Source: the human T2T-CHM13v2.0 reference genome, Homo sapiens. Taken from it: 64,000 nt of DNA. A model generated the notes under the pieces. The model made no database searches. It worked only from the letters and a program-made list of their open reading frames with translations, and was not told where the DNA came from. The DNA lies in assembly GCF_009914755.1 (NCBI RefSeq), contig NC_060934.1; one strand, given 5' to 3'. Position 1 is the stretch's first letter. Each line of letters starts with the position of its first letter. The position numbers and the translations under genes are program-made. Shown piece after piece: positions 13,539 through 28,760 of this stretch.

Positions 13539-14172
13539 AAGACAGATTTATACCATGAGAGTAGACCTGATGTACAGCAGTGCACTTCACTAATTGTATT
13601 GACTGTTAAGAAATTACAATAATTTTATTCTATATGGTAACTAACCACTGCTCAAATCCCCCCTGAAAATTGTCCCCCCAATGCCACCCTGGATGCCTGG
13701 GTTCCCAAATCTCCTCAGTGTTAATCCAGAAACAAGAGTTAACATTTAGCCCCAGAGGGACCTCCAGGACGCTGCTTCTCTCTTATGACCGTACAGATTT
13801 ATTCTGATTAGTCCTGTAATTTCCATATGACTTATTAAATATTTTGAACATCACATCCATACATACTTTCCAGACAAGAAATTTGGATGTGGGAGAACAT
13901 TCTTTAATAAAGAAACACATAAATTCTCATTTAAAAAAACTGCTTTTTTTTTCTTTCTTTTTTTTTTATTATACTTTAAGTTTTAGGGTACATGTGCACA
14001 TTGTGCAGGTTAGTTACATACGTATACATGTGCCATGCTGGTGTGCTGCACCCACTAACTCGTCATGTAGCATTAGGTATATCTCCCAATGCTATCCCTC
14101 CCCACTCCCCACACCCCACAACAGTCCCCAGAGTATGATATTCCCCTTCCTGTGTCCACGTGATCTCATTGT

Positions 14173-18015
<3,843 letters not shown>

Positions 18016-18063
18016 TTATTTTGCTCGTTAGTTGATGCAGTTTCTTCCTAGCCTCGATGGTCT

Positions 18064-19077
18064 TTACATTTTGGCATGATTTTGCAGCAGCTGGTACCTG
18101 TTGTTCTTTTCCATGTTTAGCGCTTCCTTCAACAGCTCTTTTAGGGCAGGCCTGGTGGTGACAAAATCTCTCAGCATTTGCTTGTCTGTAAAGTATTTTA
18201 TTTCTCCTTCACTTATGAAGCTTAGTTTGGCTGGATATGAAATTCTGGGTTGAAAATTCTTTTCTTTAAGAATGTTGAATATTGGCCCCCACTCTCTTCT
18301 GGCTTGTAGGGTTTCTGCTGAGAGATCCGCTGTTAGTCTGATGGGCTTCCCTTTGAGGGTAACCTGACCTTTCTCTCTGGCTGCTCTTAACATTTTTTCC
18401 TTCATTTCAACTTTGGTGAATCTGACAATTATGTGTCTTGGAGTTGCTCTTCTCGAGGAGTATCTTTGTGGCGTTCTCTGTATTTCCTGAATCTGAACGT
18501 TGGCCTGCCTTGCTAGATTGGGGAAGTTCTCCTGGATAATATCCTGCAGAGTGTTTTCCAACTTGGCTCCATTCTCCCCATCACTTTCAGGTACACCAAT
18601 CAGACGTAGATTTGGTCTTTTCACATAGTCCCATATTTCTTGGAGGCTTTGCTCATTTCTTTTTATTCTTTTTTCTCTAAACTTCCCATCTCACTTCATT
18701 TCATTCATTTCATCTTCCATTGCTGATACCCTTTCTTCCAGTTGATTGCATCGGCTCCTGAGGCTTCTGCATTCTTCACGTAGTTCTCGAGCCTTGGTTT
18801 TCAGCTCCATCAGCTCCTTTAAGCACTTCTCTGTATTGGTTATTCTAGTTATACATTCTTCTAAATTTTTTTCAAAGTTTTCAACTTCTTTGCCTTTGGT
18901 TTGAATGTCCTCCTGTAGCTCAGAGTAATTTGATCTTCTAAAGCCTTCTCTCAGCTCGTCAAAGTCATTCTCCATCCAGCTTTGTTTCGTTGCTGGTGAG
19001 GAACTGCGTTCCTTTGGAGGAGGAGAGGCGCTCTGCTTTTTAGAGTTTCCAGTTTTTCTGTTCTGTTTTTTCCCCAT
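18064..19077 (-). pseudogene. L1 ORF1p (RNA-binding chaperone), interrupted by a premature stop
   Basis: MGKKQNRKTGNSK...NHAKM. In-frame TGA at 18691-18693 (consensus CGA, CpG decay) splits it into the 128-aa and 186-aa track ORFs. Confidence 0.95.
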
Positions 19078-19978
19078 CTTTGTGGTTTTATCTACTTTTG
19101 GTCTTTGATGATGGTGATGTACAGATGGGTTTTTGGTGTGGATGTCCTTTCTGTTTGTTAGTTTTCCTTCTAACAGACGGGACCCTCAGCTGCAGGTCTG
19201 TTGGAATACCCTGCCTTGTGAGATGTCAGTGTGCCCCTGCTGGGGGGTGCCTCCCAGTTAGGCTGCTCGGGGGTCAGGGGTCAGGGACCCACTTGAGGAG
19301 GCAGTCTGCCCGTTCTCAGATCTCCAGCTGCGTACTGGGAGAACCACTGCTCTCTTCAAAGCTGTCAGACAGGGACATTTAAGTCTGCAGAGGTTACTGC
19401 TGTCTTTTTGTTTGTCTGTGCCCTGCCCTCAGAGGTGGAGCCTACAGAGGCAGGCAGGCCTCCTTGAGCTGTGGTGGGCTCCACCCAGTTCGAGCTTCCC
19501 GGCTGCTTTGTTTACCTAAGCAAGCCTGGGCAATGGCGGGCGCCCCTCCCCCAACCTCGCTGCCGCCTTGCAGTTTGATCTCAGACTGCTGTGCTAGCAA
19601 TCAGGGAGACTCCGTGGGCGTAGGACCCTCCGAGCCAGGTGCGGGATAGAATCTCTTGGTGTGCCGTTTTTTAAGCCAGTCGGAAAAGCGCAGTATTCGG
19701 GTGGGAGTGACCCGATTTTCCAGGTGTGTCTGTCACCCCTTTCTTTGACTCAGAAACGGAACTCCCTGACCCCTTGCGCTTCCCAAGTGAGGCAATGCCT
19801 CGCCCTGCTTCGGCTCGCGCACGGTGCGCGCACCCACTGACCTGCGCCCACTGTCTGGCACTCCCTAGTGAGATGAACCCGGTACCTCAGATGGAAATGC
19901 GGAAATCACCGTCTTCTGCGTCGCTCACGCTGGGAGCTGTAGACCAGGGCTGTTCCTATTCGGCCATCTTGGCTCCTC
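19078..19978 (-). promoter_or_regulatory. L1 5'UTR: CpG-rich internal sense promoter with YY1 site, plus antisense promoter firing on the + strand
   Basis: YY1 motif CAAGATGGCCG (+ strand cggccatcttg, 19961-19971) is intact. Many CpGs are retained at 19490-19970. The antisense promoter location is inferred from L1 architecture. Confidence 0.8.
19533..19649 (+). CDS. L1 ORF0 (primate-specific antisense 5'UTR ORF), truncated to 38 aa if unspliced
   Basis: ATG at 19533 in a strong context (gcaATGG) reading MAGAPPPTSLPPCSLISDCCASNQGDSVGVGPSEPGAG*. Splice donors CAG|GTGCGG (after 19638, ORF0 nt 106) and CAG|GTGTGT (after 19723, nt 191). Expression unproven. Confidence 0.8.
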   Translation: MAGAPPPTSLPPCSLISDCCASNQGDSVGVGPSEPGAG

Positions 19979-20736
19979 AAAAAAACTGCTTTTTTACACG
20001 GAACCCACGAACATGAAAAAATAAAAAAACCTTGATTATTAGCCTCAGGTATGTTCACAAAAGTATAGATATGTTTTTCATCATTCATTTCCAAAAACAT
20101 TATCAGAGATTTGGAGCAAAAAGGTGCTGTTACCTTATCATTCTGAAGTTTTGTGTATGCCTATGATGTTGGTATAATTTTCATTGTTACAACCATTATG
20201 ATACTTATTCACAGAAAGCGTGCATTAAGCACTTATTGTGTGTCAGGCTTTGTAATAAATTATGGTGATACAGAGACTGACTTGCTAGGTCCCTAAGATC
20301 CCATAATCTAGTTTGAGAAGAGTATGGAGAAGGAACATGTAAGCAGTTAAACTGCAATTCAGAGTGATCATCACAGTATTAGAGATGAACAGGAAGTGTG
20401 CCTGGAGCTCTGAATACTTTCAGCCACTTCTAACCTGAGGAGCTAGGGAAAACTTCAGTATGTGCTTACATTTCACATAAATCTGAAACAATTAGAAATT
20501 ATTTGTTAGAGACATACATGTAGCTGTGTATGAGGTAAAGGGAATAGCACATTTAAATTCATAGAGTCTAAAAGTCGCCATATGTGTTCCAGTATTATTG
20601 GAGCTCAAGAAATGTGGGAAAGAGACTAGGAAGTGCAGTCCCAGGGAGCCTTCTCTGATGGCTTGTGTGGGGAATTGCTGAATAAGCTAGAAAGGGTTTA
20701 TCAATCTCGTGTAATGAAGACTCAATGGAGTTTTAG

Positions 20737-21086
<350 letters not shown>

Positions 21087-21999
21087 GTGTTAACTCTTAG
21101 TAAGTAGTAGAAGCCAGTGTGAGGTACAGGGAGACCAGACAGGAGGCTGTTTCTATGTGTGAGAAACTTTTATCCACTAGAAGTTCATATAAAGACACAT
21201 TTGGGAAATAAAGTTGTTGTAGAGAAAGATACACCATCCCCACCGTGGATAGCATCCAGATTAATGCTGGAAATCACATTTCAATTAGAAAATTGCTTAG
21301 GAAACATGATGTCAGAAGAAGGAGAGCCATGTAATTCAAGTCTTTGGTGGCATCTCTTTCAAGTTTCCCAGTGCACCTGACTCAGAAGATAGAATCAGTC
21401 TGTTAGCTGAGGTCTCTCTGTGCTGGAGAAGCATGAAAAGGGCCCCACCAGCATAGACTCAGTTCTCTTTGAAGTTTAAGATCCATCTACAAATGGCCAT
21501 GTTCTTTCCTTAGCAGAAGGTATTGGGGTTTCTACATACATGCTACTCACTGCTCACGTGTAAGTAAGGTAAAATTTGAGCAAGTGGAAAATGACCCTGC
21601 TGTAATCCAGATCATAATATTTCTAAATAAGCACACACAATAGTCAACCAACCTACTTCATGATCTTTTATGGAACAAGGCAGAGACAAGGCCACTCTGC
21701 ACCCACAAAAATGTATAAGTATGCACTTCTGACCTATGTGAGGTAAGTGTCTGCTACTTCTCTGTCAATGGCAAGCCCTACTACCGTCCTCCAGCATATT
21801 GGATTTGTAGGCCACTCAGTTAGCAATTGTCTTCACTTCTACATAGCATTCAATCCTTAATGTACTCCTGCTTTTCTTAGCCTATAGAGTAGTTCAAACT
21901 CCCAGGGAGGCTGTTTTGTTAGAAGGAATGAAGTCACTATGGATATATTGAAAATCTCATCTACAATAGTTAAAAGTCCATAATTTAGGGTTAGTGTGA

Positions 22000-23120
22000 G
22001 GATATTCATTCAATAAGTATTTACTGAATAACTATTGGATAGCAGGTGATGAGTTAGTTATTAGGAATACATATACCCACATACATGCACAAACACACAC
22101 ACACATACAGACACATACACAGATATATAACATGTTTGTATCTTCCAGAAGCATACGGTTTATGGGATAAACAAAGGGAGATAATGAAGGTTATTATTTC
22201 TAGTAGCAAGTTTGAGAATATCCCATAGGGTGAGGCTCATTTTTGTTAGACTTTGATAAATCATCTCAAAGGCTAGGCCTCCCAGACGTGTGTGTTATCT
22301 GTGGCTCAAGACTATGAGTAGCAGTCATAGCTATGATTGAAAGAATGAGAGACAAAGAGCAGAAAGAGTGGGGAGTAGTTCTGTGACCTAAATGGTGAAA
22401 AGGCCCCAGAGAAGAAAGCCTTTACTGGGCAACACTATAGAGAGTTTTGTAGAGAACAGAAATATCCAATGGGAATTTATTTTTTGCTAAAGTTTTCTCT
22501 GTCTTATAATATGTTATCTGGATGAAATCTGTGGACAACTGTGGGATTGTGGGGGTGCAAGGTGGCAACCTGCAGAGCAAAGCATGTGCAAAGGCCTGAG
22601 GGGACATGGGAAATTTAAACAATTGTGGCTTGTGTATTGAAAGTGGGGGGCAGTTATTATGTATGAGATGAGGAGTGAGAGACACAGAGGGCTTGGGAAG
22701 ATTTTGGTCTTCATCGTAAGAGCCGAGATAAGCCATGACATGATTTTTTGAACAGCAGTGACTGATTGCTATGTGGTTTTTTTTTTTTTTTGCATATATT
22801 ATGGAAACAGATTTTATTGTAAATAATTCATTTTAGGGTGGGTAGCATGTGCACAGACAGGTCTGTAAGGAATATTCCAGGTAAGATGAGATGGAAAGAA
22901 GTGGTAAATTCAAAAGATATTTAGGAGTTAGAATCAAGAGTATTTGGTGATTGCGCATGCAGGATCAAGAGAATGGCTACTAGGTTTCTGGCCTGGACAA
23001 TGGGATCAGTGGTGTCACATTAACTGAGACTGGGAGTGCTAAAGTGCAAGTTTCTTGAGGAAGAGCAAGAATTCCATTTTCTATAAGCAAATTCTGAGCT
23101 GCTTTTGGGATGTCCATCAA
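22000..23120 (-). mobile_element. Degraded L2 fragments; boundaries approximate, similar pieces at ~20200-20760
   Basis: attcattcaataagtatttactga; agcatgtgcaaaggcctgagg; aggtttctggcctggacaatggg...cattaactgaga. Confidence 0.5.
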
Positions 23121-23906
23121 GAGGGGAAAGATAAGCACAGTGTGCTGCATTGTGCCAGCAACATAGAAACCTCCGTAAGTAATATTCAGGTTCAACTCAG
23201 TAGTTAATATTCAGGTTCAACTCAGTAGTTAAGGAAGAAACCAGTCATCGTTTCAATTCATTAATAAATTAACTTTCATTGCAAAATCTGTGGGGATTTC
23301 TGTCTTCCAACCCAACATTTTCTTCCCATTTTGCCTTTAATGAATTCACCACCACCACCTCTCACTGTGCATTTAATTACTCTACTGATTACTTACTATG
23401 TATGCTACGTGATGTGGAAAGAATAGAAAACTTAAAAGCAAAGCACTCTCCCTGACCTCCCTGGGGATAGAGACCGAAACGTATAAAAAAAATAAGAAAA
23501 CACATTAAACTACATGTAACAAGTGCCAGATGAGTGATCCAGATAATTGCACAGTCCCTGTGGCCCCTAGTGATGGGGTACTATTTCTAATGCCAGCAGC
23601 AGTGCTTCCTTAAACTGATCCCTAGACCTTGGTCATGGTGCTTGGAAAACCCTTTCTTAGCACCATCTCTGCTCATCTTAATCCTAACACTCCTTTATTC
23701 TTCCTGTCCCTCTTTTTTTGGAAAATCCTTTCCAATTGTTTTGCTTTGTTTTCTTCTCGTTTGTCCTCTATGCTGCTGGGCTGATTTTTCCCTCCTTTAA
23801 TGAAATTCCATGCTCTTTCTCTAAGTTGTTTTGGAGCCCTTCTTATATCCTAACTTACTTCGCTTCCCAGAAATTTTTAAAATAGAGTTTTTGTTCACTA
23901 TAACAC

Positions 23907-24230
23907 TTTTTTTTTTTTTTTTTTTTTTTCCTGTTTTGAGACAGGGCCTCACTCAGCCCTGTCTCAAACAGGCTGGGGTGCAGTGGCGCAATACCAGCTC
24001 ACTGCAACCTCGACCTCCTGGGCTCAGGTGATCCTCCCACCTCAGCCTTCTGAGTAGCTGGGGTCACAGGCGTGCGCCACCATGCCCAAATAATTTATTA
24101 TTATTATTATTTGTATAGATGGGGGTCTCCCTATGTTGTCGAGGCTGGTCACAGACTCCTGGGTTCAAGTGATCCTCCCACCTTGGCTCCTGTAGTTCTG
24201 AGATACAGGTGTGAGCCAGAGTGCCTGGCC
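23907..24230 (-). mobile_element. AluJ
   Basis: PolyT, ctcctgggctcaggtgatcctcccacc and gggggtctccctatgttg. Confidence 0.9.
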
Positions 24231-24235
24231 TGTGA

Positions 24236-24583
<348 letters not shown>

Positions 24584-27304
24584 AAAATTTCTCCCTTCTG
24601 TAAATTCCTATTCCGTGCCTCTGTGTCATGCCATCCATAAGCCCAAGGATTAAAGATGTGAAGACCTGCTCTGCTCAGTGGAAGCAAGCTCATGGTCCAG
24701 TCAGACAGTCAGATGGGAGCTTCAGAAGCTGATGGATGTGGAGAGAATGATGTCTGATAGCAGGGCCCACTCTGAAATAAGGGAACTTAAAGAAAGCCTT
24801 GAAATACAAATTGGTATTCACGGGAACATAAGGCCCCTCCTGTTTACTTACAGGAACCTTCATCCATATAATTGTTTTGAAGGCAATAGCTCTATAACAA
24901 ATTATTTACCAAATTACATTCCTAGAAACAGAAGTTTGATTAAGTACATGCCAAAATAGTACCATATAGCATAGCCAGCTTAGTGTATTGGACTGTCTTA
25001 AAAGTGGCATAGCTTTAAAAAATATAAACAAGCTTCCAAAAGTGTTGAATTTGCTCACAGATGAGAGTTTTTGATTACTAAGATACACCAAGGTTGTTTA
25101 GGATCATAACTTTTATAGTTTGGCATTAGATCTTATCCATGTTCTCATTCTCACAAATGTTCCGTGTTTCTTCTTCAGAATAAAACACTCAGCTGGATAC
25201 ATTAGAGCACACTGTGCCACCTTAGGGCACAGAAAGAAAATAAAGAATTGCACCTTACATTTTATTTTTGGCTCATTCTTATTTATGTTCTATTTTATGT
25301 GTTTTGTAGTGTATCTTGTATGTTGAAAATTAAACAAATAGATGTATGAATACATACATGAACTTTAATCAGATGTACGAATGTAGGAGGATATCATCCA
25401 AAATTATTAGCATCTCTTTAGTAGGCTTTGTTTGGTTGTAAGTGATAGAAAACCTCAGTAAGAGTGACTTGGACACAGTATGCTTATTATTTAGTCAAGA
25501 AAAATCTAAGTAGGTGGTCTTAGAGTTAGCGTAGCAACCTCGTGAGTTTATTAAGGGTCCAGAATTTGCCTATATTTCCATACACATATTTTGCATGATG
25601 ACTTTCAAGAATAAAATTTCACCTCATGATGAATTACACTTACCTTAGCCAATGCCTCTGTGATTTCAGGTGGGTAATACTATGTAGATAATATATAGTA
25701 AAATGCATAGGTATATTCTAAGGTTTCAAATGTATTGATAATTGCAGTTATTTACTTAGAGAATGATCATACCCAATATTTTATTATTGTTTATTATATT
25801 GTCATTAAAAAGTTATAATAATGTTGTTTTCTTTGAATTCAGTAAAGTCATTGTGAAGGTTAAGCATGTGCATTTTAAATTAATTTGGAGATTCTTTAAG
25901 CTATGGAAATGGAAAGCCTCAGTACATGTTAAGCCTGATATCTGAGCTTTCCCACCCCAGACTTTTGCAGAGCCATTGACTTGGGTCTCTGATCCTCTGT
26001 AATGTGCTGATAGATGATAACATGATGGAGAAATCAGTTGGTAGAATGGGGCGGTAACCACTAGAGATAGCAGTTGTCAGATGGAAATTAATTGATTGTA
26101 ATTGCTTTGCCATTGTATTGCACTTGAAGTCTGTAGCTTGTTAAAACCACTGATTATAAAATAAGGATCTCACTTTTTATGCTGTAGATTATGTTAATGA
26201 AAGCTGTTCTTAGAAGCATGATCAGTGAATATCAATAAATGGATAATAAGAAATTAAAGGAAAAGTTAACTAACTGATCATGAGTTAATATACTTCAGCA
26301 GCCAGAGTAGCAGTCAACTGTGCACCGTTTCATATTGAATTTTTTGCTCAGAGCTCTTGAATTTTAAATATTTCCCATAGAGAGATTGATTCTGTGTGAC
26401 TGTTTATCACGTACTGTCTTGAATAACAGATCTTTTCTGTAGAGAATCTCCTGCAAGATGGAAAATGTGTGTGTTTTGCAGAGCCTTTATTTTGTGCCAA
26501 AGTATTAACAAGCAGATATTTTGAAATGGAAAACATAAGTTCCCATTGCAATACCAATAGTGGTTTATTTCAGTGCTCGTGGAATATGAGTAACATATGT
26601 GTGAGGGTCTGTGTGAATCTGAAGGCCTTGCTGTTGCAATCTTTATCAATATTATAAAAAGTATACTAAAATGATAACATAAATGTTAAATTATACTTCA
26701 CTTTTTGCTGTACAAAATGCGTTAACTTTTATAAAATTATAATGAGGTTTTTAATTATAGCTTTCATTTATAGCATTTAATTGTTGATGTTAGAGAGATC
26801 AGAGATTTTGGAGATATTTTTCTGAACACCAGTTCTCATTAAGCCTCCATGCAGGCCCTCAAGGACCTTACAGAAGAAAGGAACAGATAAAACAAAGAAA
26901 GGATTACTTGCAGTGTTGAATGCAGTGATGAAAGTGATAAGAGGCACTGGGAGGCACAAGATGAGATCATCTAAGTTCTGAGGATTTCTGGGTGTCTTCA
27001 ACAAAGAATGAAGGTCTGGGAAGAAGGAGCAGTGTGACAGTTCTTGGTATTTTGGGGAAATAGAATGATAGTTGAAAATTAAGTTGCATAAAGTTTTAGA
27101 GTGCAAGAAGAGACCAGACAGATAAACATATAGATGGCCCATGCCCTGGTTTGCCCTACTGTGGATTTTAAAGTTATTCCCACAGGAGAGCCCATGAGGA
27201 TTTTTAGATGTGGGAGAGACAGGGGTGAGTTTCCTTTTAAACTGCTCGCTCACCATCAGTTGTGACGATAATCAGGGAAGAAGCTCATTGTGACCTTCAT
27301 TTAC

Positions 27305-27688
27305 TGTCTTAGTCCATTTTCTATTGCTTTAACTGAATACCCGAAGCTAGGTAATTTATAAAGAAAATACATTTATTTTTTGCAGTTTTGGAGGCTGGGA
27401 AGTCTAAGGTCAAGGGGCTGCATCTGCTGAGGGCATTCTTGCTGGCAAGGACTCTGCAAGCCCTGAGGCAGTGCAGGGCATCACATGGATAGGGAGTAAG
27501 AGCATGTCAACTCAGTCCTTCTTTCTCTTCTTGAACAGCCAACAGTTCCATCATGGGGGCCTCACCCTGATGACCTTATCCATTCCTGATTACCTCCCAA
27601 AGGGCCCCATCTTCAAATATCATCAACATATGATTTTGAGGATTAATTTTCCAACACATGGAATTTGGGAGACACATTAAAACAAGAG
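27305..27688 (-). mobile_element. MaLR solo LTR (MLT1A/MSTD-like)
   Basis: tgtcttagtccattt...ggtaatttataaag...ggaggctgggaagtctaaggtcaagg...ttacctcccaaagggcccc...gaatttgggagacacatt. Confidence 0.82.
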
Positions 27689-28594
27689 CGGTTAATAAGC
27701 TGGTATAATATCCCATGCTTGAATATTATTATTAATCTAAATCTCTGTAAAGGAAATTAAAAGCTTAAGCATTGAATAATTTTTTCTTCTTTGACTTTTT
27801 AAGTATATTTTTTGTTGAATGTTGTGGTGGAATTGGAGCTAATAGTTGCTTAAAACTCTGTAATTGGAACAATGTCTACATGTGGTAATAGAGTCTGTAT
27901 CTTATAGATAGCACTTATTTATTGTTATTCTCATATTTGGGATGCAGATATTGATGTATAACTTAATTTGAAAATGTAAGTAATTATGATTTTAAGAATG
28001 CATGTTTAAGATATGCTAAAAAATGGCAATAATTGGTCCTGTTAAATATTTACCAGAAACATTCTTCATATTTGAGAATCTGTTTCAGAATTTAGAACAT
28101 TTGCATTTTAATTACATAATAAAAGGAGAAAGTGAAAGAATAATTGGCTTAGCTATTAGCCAATTATAGCTGTAACTGAAAAAAAAATCCCCCAAACTGA
28201 CATTGGATTCCACAGAACAGTCACAATATACATTGATCAGATGTTTAATTATATTTGGCAGCAATAAAGGGAAGGGAATGTTGTTTCAATCCTTCATACA
28301 ACATGTTTGTTAAAACTGAAATTAATGAGGGTGGATTTGGGGTGTTTGACTTAGGATCATTCAGCTTTTAGTGTTTACTTGTCCACAAATGGGGCTTCTC
28401 CAGAGTGACTCCAATAGATAAAATTTAGTGGAGAAATAAGACAATTGAATATAGTGGTTACAGCCAGCTGCATTTGGTCAGTACCAAGGAGGGTTGGAGC
28501 TGTCTGTCTAGAGTCCCAGAGGTCAGAGCCCATGAGAAGGCCTCCATACAGAGATCCAGAGCCAGTGACAGGAGTTGTTGGTGTCAGAATGTAC

Positions 28595-28630
28595 TGCTGA
28601 CAGCGTTTCCCCCTGTGCTTTCCCTGACAG
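28595..28630 (+). promoter_or_regulatory. 3' splice site of the NRG3 exon: putative branch point, polypyrimidine tract and AG
   Basis: tgctgAc (A at 28600) matches yTnAy, followed by cgtttccccctgtgctttccctgacag. Confidence 0.7.
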
Positions 28631-28760
28631 ATACGACGACATATTCCACAGAGCGATCCGAGCACTTCAAACCCTGCCGAGACAAGGACCTTGCATACTG
28701 TCTCAATGATGGCGAGTGCTTTGTGATCGAAACCCTGACCGGATCCCATAAACACTGTCG
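28631..28760 (+). CDS. NRG3: Neuregulin-3 internal coding exon (canonical exon 2), N-terminal part of the EGF-like domain (C1-C4)
   Basis: Translates (D)TTTYSTERSEHFKPCRDKDLAYCLNDGECFVIETLTGSHKHC(R), recognised as the NRG3 EGF domain. Acceptor: pyrimidine tract then ctgacAG (28629-30). Donor: CG|GTAAGC (28761). Length 130 bp, phase 1 in and phase 2 out. An intron between Cys4 and Cys5 is typical of ErbB ligands. Confidence 0.97.

Noticed and set aside
28140-28167. Full NFI site in the TTGGC...GCCAA palindrome
   Set aside because: The spacer is 10 nt, not the required 5.
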